Assembly (NCBI GenBank): GCA_009602735.1
Contig: WELA01000805.1
Location: 280,879 to 331,791, forward strand
Direction of reading: 5' to 3'
Source of the DNA: Mesotaenium endlicherianum
Lineage: Eukaryota
Length of the DNA stretch: 50,913 nucleotides
The number at the start of each line of letters is the position of its first letter. Positions within the stretch are counted from its first letter, which is position 1. Below, one piece after another: positions 13,396 to 24,639 of this stretch. Below the pieces are notes generated by a model. It saw nothing but the letters and a program-made list of their open reading frames with translations. It made no database searches and was not told the DNA's origin. A program made the translations under genes and the position numbers.

Positions 13396-15072
13396 ATGGC
13401 TCCCACCACACAAAAGAAGGACAGAAAACGCAAGGCACAAGAAGCCAGGAGGACAATGGAGCAATACCAGAAGGAGCTGGCGGCGACGTCCCTCACCAGG
13501 AGAGAACAAGAAAGGGTCCGCAAATAACAAGAGGCGGCAGAAGAAGCACAGAGGAAGAAGGATCAAGAAGCGGAAAACCTCAAGAAAGCTGAGGAGGAGA
13601 GACAGAAGAAACAACGAGAAGAAGCGGCAGCGGCAGAGGAGGAGTGAAGGAAAAAGGCTGAAGCGGACAGGCAGAAGAGCTTGGCTACTTACAGGTCTAC
13701 TGTGGTGGGTGGCCAAAACTTTGATAACCTGAAGGAAGCATTGCTGGCAGCCCAGGAGATCAACAAGCTAGAACAGACAACACTGTTACAGAGGGAAGGA
13801 GCTGCAGCACTGGATAGGTACATTGAGACAGACACTGGTGTGGTCCTCTACGAGGATTATGCCAAGATGGTGGGCTATACAGCAGAGCAGGCCCGGTACC
13901 TTGCCGATGATTCAAAGAACAAGCCAGTCCCAATACCGAGAATAGTGGGAGATCAGAGACTCATCAGGATGGTGAGCATGCGGCCCGATAGCTTTAAGGA
14001 TACGGTATTCTACCTCACACTATTGCCAGCTTACAACGAAGTTCAGAGAAGGAGCTGGGAGTACTTGGCCAGGGAGGCAGGACAGCAGATGTTCTCTCCC
14101 CACTGGTTCCCATGTAAACTGAGAAAGGCAGAGCATGGACCCCAGTACTACCAGCAGCCAACATACTGGAGGTGGATGACGGTCACAAACAAAAAGCAGG
14201 AGTGTGACCGAGCCCAACCAGACGATTTCCACTATGGCCTAGGCGGCTACCTCATCCTACCACCTCACATTGCCCCTTGGGACCCCAGGCTGAATGGCTG
14301 CCTGAGCAATATGAATGCAGAGACCAAAGAGCACAGGAGGAGGGGGAGGGACTACTTCTCTAAGGCAAAGCATGCCTTTGTCAAATGGTCGAAGAATGCA
14401 GGCCGGATAGATATCAGCAGGCTGAAGGCCAAGCAACCCCCAGCGCGCCCTAAGAAAGGGAGATCAGTAGACTACTCCATGTCTACCAGAGAGCAGGACA
14501 ACTTAGTTGACGAGACTCCTACTCTCTCAGAGGAGGAGGATGAGGGGGATGAGGAAGAAGAACAAGGCAAAGGAGAAGCATCAGGAGCTGGTACTCGGGA
14601 GACCCAGGGGCAGGCAGGGGCACTTCCTAAAGAACCAAGATCAGGTATATGGAACGTGATCCCCGTCATGGAGGCAACTGGACCCCGCACTCGCTCCCCC
14701 AGTCCACCTGCCCAAGCAGGGGAAGAAGCTGATTTAACTGTACTGAGCAGCAGGCACAGGCGGAAATCCCCAGAGAAGAGGGGTTTCAGAAGAGGGCCAC
14801 GCGGGGTGGCCAGAGGTATGCCGGCCTCCCCCTTTGCTCAGGGACATGTGCCTCTTGCTAATGTATTTCAGCATCCTATTGGGATGCCTGTCTATGTGGG
14901 GATCAACACCCAAGTGGGTGAAGAGCAGGCTACCATCCTTCGTTCTCCTCGAGGTCCATCTTTAGAATAAACGGAGTTCTTTAGAAGGCCGGCTGACAGA
15001 CCTAGAGGGCTGTCCAGATCTAGGTCCAGATCTCCGTCTCCTGATCCTGAAGTCCAAGGAACAACCCCCTAG
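13396..15072 (+). pseudogene. Additional ORF of C1 (about 558 codons, unknown function), with 3 in-frame nonsense codons
   Basis: One frame from ATG 13396 (MAPTTQKKDRKRK...) through the 429-aa track ORF 13681-14970 to TAG 15072; internal stops at about 13525 (TAA), 13645 (TGA) and 14968 (TAA). The homolog at 32299-32742 reads through the 14968 position. Confidence 0.75.
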
Positions 15073-15184
15073 GTGACAGGCTGAAGAGGCGGTCAGTGGG
15101 AGAGGCTGGCCAGGTTCAGGTCCCTTATTTAAGACTTCTGCAGTTTAATGTTGTCGAGGCGACAACAAGTTAAGTTGGAGGGAT

Positions 15185-15902
15185 TGTAATGAGTCAGTTT
15201 ATTAGTAGATATAATATTCATGTAAATATAATTTATTTAAGTTCAGCCGACTGAACTTTAGTTGATAATCAGTCTGCTGGACTTTATATTTAAAATCAGT
15301 TTAATGACTCAGTCGGAAGGAGCAGGCTGAAGTCCACTTAAGTCAGCTTGCTGACTCATTCTTTGACAGGCAGCTGACTTCCGTACTCGGTAGCAGCGAA
15401 CTGCCTCGATATGCATCTAAGTATGATATGCTAGATGAATGGCCAGATGACATCCCTATGATGGATGGCTATTTGGGATGATGGGAGATGGCGGTGGATT
15501 TGGTTAACCGAGGTCCTACCAATGTGATTAACTCCCGGGTAGGCGGTGCCATCGCACTGGCCGTTGAACAGTAAACTCATTCCATGTACATATGCTAGGC
15601 ATTGCTCTCGAGTTCGGCGTTGGGAAACGAGGCCAACTCTCTGGTACAGCTTACGGAGAGAAACCTGAATCCAAGGCGGGAAGCCATTGACACGCACTGT
15701 CTTCCAACCTTGCTTATGTATGAGTTTACTGATTGCATTATTGATGCTAGTTTACTTGCATTTGACTTACGAGTACTATTCACTGCTAGTGTGTTGTCCT
15801 TTGCTGTTAAATCAATTAACGGAAAATACCATAAAGATTACTTGCAGATATAAAGATCTTCATTAATTGATTATCGCCTATTTGGTAAGTCGATTCATTT
15901 CA
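15185..15902 (+). repeat. C1 3' LTR
   Basis: Follows the PPT; direct repeat of 7062-7779; followed by TSD AAGAT. Confidence 0.97.
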
Positions 15903-17029
15903 AAGATGGACCCTAAGAAGACCACGGTGGTGGAGGAATGGCCAACCCCCACTACCAAGAACGAACTCCAATCATTTTTGGGATTTGCCAATTAGCTTCT
16001 CGCACATAGCAACCCCCCTCACTGACTTACTCAAGAAGGACAAGCCATATGTTTGGACCAAGAAGTAGGAGGACGCATTCCAACAACTGAAGCAAAAATT
16101 GACGACATCCCCGGTGCTTACACTCCTAAGTCCAACCCAGATTGGCCATTCCACGTCATCACCGATGCATCTTCCTATGCAATAGGAGCAATCCTGCTTC
16201 AAGACCAAGGCAAGGGACTGCAGCCCATTGCCTACAAGTCCAGGAAGCTAAATTTACCTGAGCAAAATTATACAACCACGAAGCGAGAGGCATTGGCGAT
16301 GATACATGCCTTGAAGGTTTGGCGTTGCTACGTTGAAGGACGCAAGGTGCTGGTCATTACGGACCACGAGGCGTCAACGCACCTTCAGACGCAGCCGTAT
16401 CTTTCAAGGAGACAAGCAAGATGGAGTGAATATCTGCAACAATACAACATCACGATTCAGTACCAACCTGGGAAGACAAATCCAGCCGACCCCCTTTGAA
16501 GACTACAAGCGAACTCGGTTACGACAACCTTACATACGGATTTGGAGGCAAGATTTTCAGCCGCCTATGAACGAGACCCTTACTACAAGAACAGGGATGC
16601 GGCCTTGGACCCATATAAGAAGCAAGAAGGAAATTATGAGATGAGGCAAGACACGAGCCAGAGATGTGTTCCTAATGACTTAGACCTCCGGCTCTTGCTT
16701 CTACGAGAAGCACACGACAACCCTCTTGGAGGACACTTTGGGATCCTAAAGACCACGGGCATTCTAGCCAAGACTTATTACTGGCCAGGCATGTCTAAGC
16801 AAGTCAAGGAGTACTGCGAGGAGCTGTAACACATGCCAAAGAGTCAAGCCATCATCACAAAAGGCGGGAGGACTCCTCCACCCACTACCAATCCCGGAAA
16901 GGCAATGGACGGACATCTCAATGGACCTTATCATGGACCTGCCCCCGACACCTCGAGGCCATAATGCATTATTAACGGTGGTGGAAGGACTTACCAAGAT
17001 GGCTCATTTCATTCCCACAACGGCTAAGG
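15903..17029 (+). pseudogene. D1 pol part 2 (RT end, RNase H, integrase N-terminus)
   Basis: Resumes [26 protein letters not shown]; matches D2 pol with stops/frameshifts. Confidence 0.92.
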
Positions 17030-17532
17030 TGTAGTGAAACAGATAGATAAAGTACTTAGTAAAACAGAATACTTTATCTATTCAAGACAAGGATCTTTGA
17101 ACACAAGTGGTAGCTTCTTGAAAGAGAGATGGCTTCTTGAAAGTTAATATATTTCTGGATTTTGGCAAGTACAAGAGTGATTCTCCAATGTCTTTCTATG
17201 TTCTAGCTCTTGTTTATATACTTGCTACATAAGTAATTTCTAGGAAGGTGTATGTTGATGTGTTGGCACCCAACACATCCCAAAACTTGCCACCTCTTTC
17301 TAGAATAATGTACACATGTCCTTTTGACCTAAAAATGGCACATTTGACTTTTGCCACATGGAGTTCTTCTAGGTCTTTCCTCTAACTTCGAAAATGCCTT
17401 GGAAGGTTCAAAGGACATGAACCAAGTTACTAGAGTACCTATTCACACTTGACTCCACACAATACTACTCCAAATATATTTGAAAACATTAAAATATATG
17501 CAAACTAATATATAATAACTCAAATCACTACA
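17030..17532 (-). repeat. D2 3' LTR
   Basis: TGTAGTGAAAC...ATCACTACA, near-identical to 23212-23714; adjacent C-run is the PPT on the minus strand. Confidence 0.97.
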
Positions 17533-18301
17533 TCACCCCCCCGATAGAAAAAGCGACGTCTCGGCGCGTCAAGTCAGGTCTTACACATGTGGAGCAAACT
17601 AGTCAACAGTTTCAAGTCAGATGCCACACATGTGAAGAGGACTAGTCAAAGGCGCCAAGTCAGGTGCTACACATGTAAGGTAGACTAGGCAAGGTCGTAG
17701 GTGGTGTGACCTTATTGGCTAGCCTACTCCTTAATGATAAAGAAAATTGTACAAGTTGGCCCAGAATCTGCCACGAACTCAAAAATTCATAGCGGCCACA
17801 GAACTGCTCCAAATCTGAAAATTCGAGTGCCAGACGGACCGCGTCGGAGAACTCTACCGGGTCACCAAATTTGAGAGCATTCTCATTTCTGGAGTGTCGT
17901 TGAGAGCTGAGAGAGTAGGCACTCCTCCAAATCTGTGCAGAAACTTCTGAAAATCATAAGTCCTTCTATACTTCTCCAAATTCTGCAAACTAAGTCTCAA
18001 ACTGGGCGCTGTAAGATGTTCTACCAGAGTCTTGAGTTTCAGAGCATTCCAAGTTCAGGGGAGGGCACAATGTCAGAAGGCATATTCTGCCCTAACAATG
18101 CCAGCAGCCTGACCCCCTTCTACTTAGAGCATCATATCTCTCTCACCAGTGCTCCAAATTGAGCAAACTTGGACTCTAAATGACCGGCTACTCATGGACT
18201 ACAGCCAGGTAAATTTTCAGAATTTATTATGCAGAGACCTATCACCAGTAGCAGTTTTAGTTTTCTGTCCAGAAACTGCGAGAAGAGAAGAGTGTCTAAT
18301 G

Positions 18302-21300
18302 TCAATTTTTCCTCTTTCTTGTTCTTGCAGGCTGCCTCCAAGGGGTCTTCTGCTGCTTCTTGATGGTGGCAGGCTGCCTCCCTGAAGTCTTCGGGCTTCT
18401 AGTAGAGAGACTTGGGGCTGGTCCAAGATGGGGGTTGGCGGCATGGAAGCGCTTCAACTTTCTCTGAACTTTGTCAAGGTAGTGCGCCGCCACCCAACTA
18501 TTCTCCGAATCTGGATATCCTTTCCACTTGATCAAGTATTGCTGCTGTCTCCTGAAATTTCTCATAGCCACTATGTCTTCCACTTCGTACTCCAAATGAT
18601 CATCCACTATTGTTGGGGCTGGTGGGGTTGTCACACGTCCTGGGAACTTGTTGTCGGGTTGCACATATGGCTTGAAGAGGGAAGCGTGGAATACGGGGTC
18701 GATGTGCATAGTCTGGGGAAGTTCTAGCTTGAAAGCAACGGGGTTGACTTGCTGGATAATCTTGAAGGGTCCCAAATACTTGGGAGAGAACTTGCTGCCG
18801 GCAGGCCTGTTGTTCAGGGAAATGTTCTTGGATGATAGTAACACGTTGTCACCCACTCTGTACGTAATTTCTCTTCTGGATCTGTTCGCCACTCTTGCTT
18901 GAGCATCTTGCGCGTGTTGTAGAGCTTTCTTCGCTGCTGTAAGGGCTGCTTCTAATGTCTCCATAAAATCTGTGGCTGCAGGTACTTCATCATGGCCAGC
19001 CGTGAAGCTCAGTGGCGTGGTCGGATGGAAGCCATAGTTGAGGAAGAATGGGGACTCTTGGGTAGAGGCCTGCGTAGTGTTGTTGTAGGCAAACTCGAGG
19101 GGGGTCAAGTACATGTCCCAGTCTTGCTCGAGGGTAGACACGTAGGCCTTTAGAGAGGTCTTTAGGGTACGATTCATACGCTCGGTTTGCCCATCTGATT
19201 GTGGGTGGTAGGCAGTAGACATATCCAGCGATGTACCCAAGTTCTTGAAGAGATTTTTCCAGAAATGGCTTGTGAATCTTGGATCTCTATCTGACACAAT
19301 TCTTGATGGTAGTCCATGGAGTCGGAAGATGTTGTCAAAGATGAGTCTTGCAAGTTGTGGTGCTATAGCCTGTGCTTAGTTGTCGTGGGAATAAAATGAG
19401 CCATCTTGGTAAGTCTGTCCACCGCCGTGAGTATTGCATTATGGCCTCGAGGTGTCACGGGCAAGTCCACGATAAGGTCCATTGAGATGTCCGTCCATTG
19501 TCTTTCGGGGATTGGTAGTGGTTGGAGGAGTCCTCCCGCCTTTTGCGATGATGGCTTGATTCTTTGGCATGTGTCACAGCTCCTGCAGTACTCCTTGACT
19601 TGCTTAGACATGCCTGGCCAACAATAAGTCCTAGCTAGAACGCCCGTGGTCCTTAGGATTCCAAAGTGTCCTCCAAGAGGGTTGTCGTGTGCTTCTCGTA
19701 GAAGCAAGAGCCGGAGGTCTAAGTCATTAGGAACACATCTCTGGCCCGTATCTTGCCTCACCCAATAATTGCCTTCTTGCTTCTTGCATGGGTCCAAGGC
19801 TGCTTCTCCGTTCTTGTAGTAAGGGTCTCTTTCATAGGCGGCTGAAAATCGAGCTTCCAGATCTGTCTTCAGGGATACCATCACTGCATTTAATTGCAGT
19901 CTTGAGAGGGGGTCAGCCGGGTTTGTCTTGCCGGGCTGGTACTGAATCGTGATGTTGTATTGTTGCAAGTATCCGCTCCATCTTGCTTGTCTCCTTGAGA
20001 GATACGGCTGCGTTTGGAGGTGCTTTAACGCCTCGTGGTCCGTGGTGACCAGTACTTTGCGTCCTTCAACGTAGCAGCGCCAAACCTTCAAGGCATGTAC
20101 AATCGCCAATGCCTCTCGCTCCGTGGTTGTATAATTTTGCTCGGCTGGATTTAGCTTCCTTGACTCGTAGGCGATGGGCTGCAGTCCCTTGCCTTGGTCT
20201 TGAAGCAGGATTGCTCCTATTGCATAGGAAGATGCATCGGTGATGACGTGGAAGGGCCAATCTGGGTTTGGACTTGGGAGTGTGAGCACCGGGGATGTGG
20301 TCAATCTTCGCTTTAACTCTTGAAATGCCTCTTCCTCTTTCTCGGTCCATGTATATAGCCTGTCCTTCTTGAGTAGATCTGTCAGGGGGGCTGCTATGTG
20401 CGAGAAGCCTTGGATGAATTTTCTGTACCAATTGGCAAATCCCAAGAATGACTGGAGTTCTTTCTTGGTCGTGGGGGTTGGCCATTCCTCCACCACCGTG
20501 GTCTTCTTGGGGTCTATCTTGATGCCATCAGCAGTCACGTGGAGACCTAGGAACTCCACTTCTTGTTTGGCAAACTCGCATTTTGACTCCTTCGCAAACA
20601 GCTTGTTTTGCTTCAATACTTCAAGGACTTCTTTCAAGTGTCTCGCATGCTCTTCAAGGGTCTTGCTGTAGATAAGGATGTCATCGATGAATACCACCAC
20701 AAATCTGTCCAACATGGGCTGAAATATGGTGTTCATCATAGTCATGAAAGTTGCTGGCGCGTTGGTGAGTCCAAATGGCAGGACCATGAACTCAAAATGT
20801 CCATATCTTGTCCTGAATGCCGTCTTCTCTATGTCCGGTTCTGCGATGCGAATCTGGTGGTAGCCGCTCCGTAAGTCAATCTTCGTGAAGTACTTGGCTC
20901 CAACCAGCCGGTCCATGAGCTCATCCATGCGCGGCAGCGGGTATCGATTCTTGATGGTGATCTTGTTGAGGGCGCGATAGTCCACACACATCCTCAAGGT
21001 ACCATCTTTCTTCTTGACAAATAGCACCGGGGCTCCAAATGGCGACTTGCTAGGTCGAATGAAGCCATGCTCCAGTAGCTCCTTGATTTGCTTCTTGACT
21101 TCGTCTAGCTCCGTGTATGACATTTTGAACGTAGGCCGAGAGATGGGCTTGCTTCCGGGCTCCAACTCTATCTTGTGGTCTACGAATCTTTTGGGGGGTA
21201 GGCCCTTGGGCAATTCCGGGGAGAACACTTCTTTGTAGTCCTCTAAGACTTCTTGTATCTCCTTGGGAACGGGGCTGCCTTCTTGACTCTCGATGTCTTT

Positions 21301-21972
21301 CTTGATGTCTTTTGGCGTGATCAAGGCCAAAAGAAGCTCGTGTCCCTTCCTCACAAGTCTCTTGAGTTGGAGGGCGGACAATAGTATCTCGTGTGCCGGC
21401 TTCTGGATGTCTTGGGTCTGGATATTCTGGATTGCGCGCAAAATACAGATTCTTGAAGTGATGTCATTCTTGATCTTGATAGTACCGGTCCTCCAATCAA
21501 CTTGGGGGTTGTGCTTGGTCAACCAAGGCGTCCCTAGGATGACGTCGTACTTGCCCAATTGCATGGGGGAGAACACTACTCTATCCTTGAAGGACTTGAT
21601 AGAGAGTGCCAAGGGGTACGTCTTCTTGGAAGGGGTAGTATAGGAGAATCCATCGGGCATCATAATCTCCTCGTCGTGGTCAAGAGTTCGCATAGTAATA
21701 CCGTGCTTGGTGGCAAAATCTGCAGCAATGAAGTTGCCTTGAGCTCCGCTATCCACCAAGATGTGGACCTTCTCTCCTCCAAGGTAACCTCTCAAACTCA
21801 TTGGGGCTGGAACGTCGTCTTCAACGGGGGTCTCCACCTCACTTGGCGTGTTGCCTTCTCGTGAAGTGGGTCTTGGGGTGGTAGGCTCCTGGCCTACCGG
21901 CGCTGTCCGTTTTTTGACAACTTTTTGGGGCATGAAAGTGCACGATGGCCCTTTTCCTTGCAATAAAAGCAT
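18302..21972 (-). pseudogene. D2 pol (PR-RT-RH-INT-chromodomain), open except for one frameshift near 19370
   Basis: 869-aa ORF 19363-21972 ([30 protein letters not shown]) plus 331-aa ORF 18302-19297 (SDRDPRF, KYLGPF, YEVEDIV...YLIKWKGY). A 5-nt insertion relative to D1 separates them. Confidence 0.95.
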
Positions 21973-23174
21973 AGTCCAGCCGTCATGAGAGCTTCTTTTT
22001 CAGCCGGGGAGAGTCTTGCTTTCACTCCTTGCTGGTTTCTTGCATCATAAGTGTCATTGGAGGGTCTTCCACTCTTCCGGGCAGCCGCGGGGTCCCTTTT
22101 AATAACTCCGATTTCCATGGGTGTGGGTCCAGATTCGGATGTGGAAGGGGCTGCGTACACCCGCGTCGTCGGTACCCGTGAAGATGAAGGCACGGAGTGC
22201 TTGAAATCCAAGGTATCCACCTTTTGGGCCACTTCAATGATCTTTGAGAAGTCCGTCAAGTCGCGTAACTCCACTTCCTTTGCCACCTTGGGTTTGAGGC
22301 CAAAGATGTAGCGGTCAATCTTCTCCTCGAGAGACATGTTGGGGATCTCAAGAGTGAGGGCGTGAAATCTGGATGTATACTCTTGAACGGACGTCGTTTG
22401 CTTGAGATGGTGGAGCTTTCCTCGGGCAATCTTCTCCGCATTGATGGGCATGAATTGCTTCTTGAGGGCCTCACGAAAATCTGCCCATCTTGCATATGAT
22501 GGTGGGGGCTCTTGGCCGAGCATGGGGTGCGCCATAGCTTGATATATAGCCGCTTGATAGTTACGCCACCATGATGTTGCTGCTCCTCTAAGTAAGGTAA
22601 CGGCAAAGGGAACGTAGTCCTCCTCGGGTACTTCAAGGAATGCGAGGTACGTCTCCACTTGGTAGAGCCATAAATTCAGGTTGGCACCTTTCCCGGGGTT
22701 GAAAGTGTCGGGTTTGCCGGGCTTGATGAGTTTCCTTGCTCTCGTTGGCTCTTGTGGAGGCGCTTGAGCCGGGGCTGGATTTTGAGCATTGCTCGCAATA
22801 GGGGCAACCATGGCAGCCATAGCTTCTCTTGACGCTTGCACGGTTGCTTCATAGGTGGCCAAGCCCACTTGGTTGTGGACGGTCATTAGGAAGGCTGCCC
22901 ACTCATTTGCGGGAACTCCTTGTGGTGGGGTCAACTTTGCTATAGCGGCTGCCACGGGATTTGACGGTGCTCCTCCTTGTGGTGCTTCTTGTTGTTGGAG
23001 ATTTCCTTGAGTAGGCTCTCCCATCGACGCTGGAGGAGGGTGTGCTCCTCCTTGTGGTGCTTCTTGTTGTTGCAGATTTTCTTGAGTGGGCTCTCCCATC
23101 GGCGCTGGAGGAGGGTGTCTTGGAGAGGAAGGGCTTCCTTCGAAAGCTTGCTGTTGGTCTTGAGGATCGGCCAT
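21894..23174 (-). CDS. D2 Gag (426 aa, intact)
   Basis: ATG shortly after the [43 protein letters not shown] knuckle. Confidence 0.95.
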   Translation of the reverse strand: MADPQDQQQAFEGSPSSPRHPPPAPMGEPTQENLQQQEAPQGGAHPPPASMGEPTQGNLQQQEAPQGGAPSNPVAAAIAKLTPPQGVPANEWAAFLMTVHNQVGLATYEATVQASREAMAAMVAPIASNAQNPAPAQAPPQEPTRARKLIKPGKPDTFNPGKGANLNLWLYQVETYLAFLEVPEEDYVPFAVTLLRGAATSWWRNYQAAIYQAMAHPMLGQEPPPSYARWADFREALKKQFMPINAEKIARGKLHHLKQTTSVQEYTSRFHALTLEIPNMSLEEKIDRYIFGLKPKVAKEVELRDLTDFSKIIEVAQKVDTLDFKHSVPSSSRVPTTRVYAAPSTSESGPTPMEIGVIKRDPAAARKSGRPSNDTYDARNQQGVKARLSPAEKEALMTAGLCFYCKEKGHRALSCPKKLSKNGQRR

Positions 23175-23211
23175 CTTCTTGTGCTACCAAAGTGCCTAGC
23201 TCCGATACCAC

Positions 23212-23714
23212 TGTAGTGAAACAGATAGATAAAGTACTTAGTAAAACAGAATACTTTATCTATTCAAGACAAGGATCTTTGAACACAAGTGGTAGCTTCT
23301 TGAAAGAGAGATGGCTTCTTGAAAGTTAATATATTTCTGGATTTTGGCAAGTACAAGAGTGATTCTGGAATGTCTTTCTATGTTCTAGCTCTTGTTTATA
23401 TACTTGCTACATAAGTAATTTCTAGGAAGGTGTATGTTGATGTGTTGGCACCCAACACATCCCAAAACTTGCCACCTCTTTCTAGAATAATGTACACATG
23501 TCCTTTTGACCTAAAAATGGCACATTTGACTTTTGCCACATGGAGTTCTTCTAGGTCTTTCCTCTAACTTCGAAAATGCCTTGGAAGGTTCAAAGGACAT
23601 GAACCAAGTTACTAGAGTACCTATTCACACTTGACTCCACACCATACGACTTCAAATATATTTGAAAACATTAAAATATATGCAAACTAATGTATAATAA
23701 CTCAAATCACTACA
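23212..23714 (-). repeat. D2 5' LTR
   Basis: Adjacent to the PBS; direct repeat of 17030-17532. Confidence 0.97.
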
Positions 23715-23886
23715 TAAGGCTACAGCACCACAACTTGCAAGACTCATCTTTGACAACATCTTCCGACTCCATGGACTACCATTCAATATTGTGTTGGATA
23801 GAGATCCAAGATTCACAAGCCATTTCTGGAAAAATCTCTTCAAGAACTTGGGTACATCGCTGGATATGTCCACTGCCTACCACCCG
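23715..23886 (+). pseudogene. D1 pol part 3 (integrase core fragment)
   Basis: ATAPQLARLIFDNIFRLHGLP...DRDPRFTSHFWK...MSTAYHP, lying between D2 and B2. Confidence 0.9.
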
Positions 23887-24627
23887 TGAAAGGGGCAAAG
23901 TGCCCTAGTGGAAGCGTAGTATCTCACGAGGAAAGAAACTAGTTGCAATCATACTAAAGAGGGCAGCGGCATATCACTAAGAAAGCTTAGCAAAATTACT
24001 CAACATTTTGAGTAGCAAGAAACTACTCACAAATGATGTAGGATAAAAGGCCTTGTCATTACAAACCCGTAGAAATTTACAGAAGTGAAAACTGATAAAA
24101 AACAAAGTTATGCCTATTTATAATTTTCTGCCTAAGTGCTCCTCTCTAGGAGGGAGCTACAGATTTTCCTAAGTGTTCGTCAAATCGTCCCTTCCAGAAT
24201 ATTCGTGAGTAAGCCAGATCAATCTCATCTGACGTGTTGGGCCAAATTGACGTCCACATACATGCATCGACATTACTTGAATATTCTATCTTAGACGCGC
24301 TAGGCTAAATCGAAACTTCTTGGTAAATCGACCTAGTCGGCGCTCCGCGTCAGGCAAACTTACGTGAAGGTTCAAGTTCATTCTAACGGGCCAGATCGCT
24401 CGACGCTGTCGGTCAATCCGACGGTCGCGCTCACCGCGAATTAAGGACAGTTGTCAACCGATCTCAAAACTAATTTAACTTGAGAAGTCCGTAACTCTCT
24501 AAATACTTGACCAAATTTGATGAACTTTATATCTAAATGACCACAAAAATGCACCCTACACGACTATACAATCAAAACATACTTTCACAAAACTCAAAAA
24601 TGCACTTCTATAAACCTATGACCTTCA
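23887..24627 (-). repeat. B2 3' LTR
   Basis: TGAAAGGGG start; homologous to 2727-3315 and 29306-30048; PPT adjacent. Confidence 0.88.
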
Positions 24628-24639
24628 TCATCTCCCTCC

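Larger units (their letters stand above)
7062..15902 (+). mobile_element. Full-length chromovirus-type Ty3/gypsy element C1 with an extra 3' ORF
   Basis: LTRs 7062-7779 and 15185-15902 (718 bp each, TG...CA); TSD AAGAT at 7057-7061 and 15903-15907; PBS TGGTATCGGAGC 7781-7792; PPT AAGTTGGAGGGA about 15172-15183; gag, then PR-RT-RH-INT-chromodomain, then the additional ORF. Confidence 0.97.
17030..23714 (-). mobile_element. Full-length, young chromovirus-type Ty3/gypsy element D2, inserted in antisense into D1
   Basis: LTRs 17030-17532 and 23212-23714 (503 bp, about 6 differences by eye); TSD TAAGG at 17025-17029 and 23715-23719; PBS (reverse complement) 23199-23210; PPT (reverse complement) 17533-17542. 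Confidence 0.97.

Noticed and set aside
13324..13716. Hydrophobic Leu/Phe-rich 130-aa minus-strand ORF resembling a membrane/env protein
   Set aside because: Antisense shadow of the purine-rich E/K/R coiled-coil codons of the plus-strand accessory ORF.
17935..18385. Antisense ORFs in the D-family 3' region as an extra gene
   Set aside because: Short, motif-free and not kept as the same open frame in D1.
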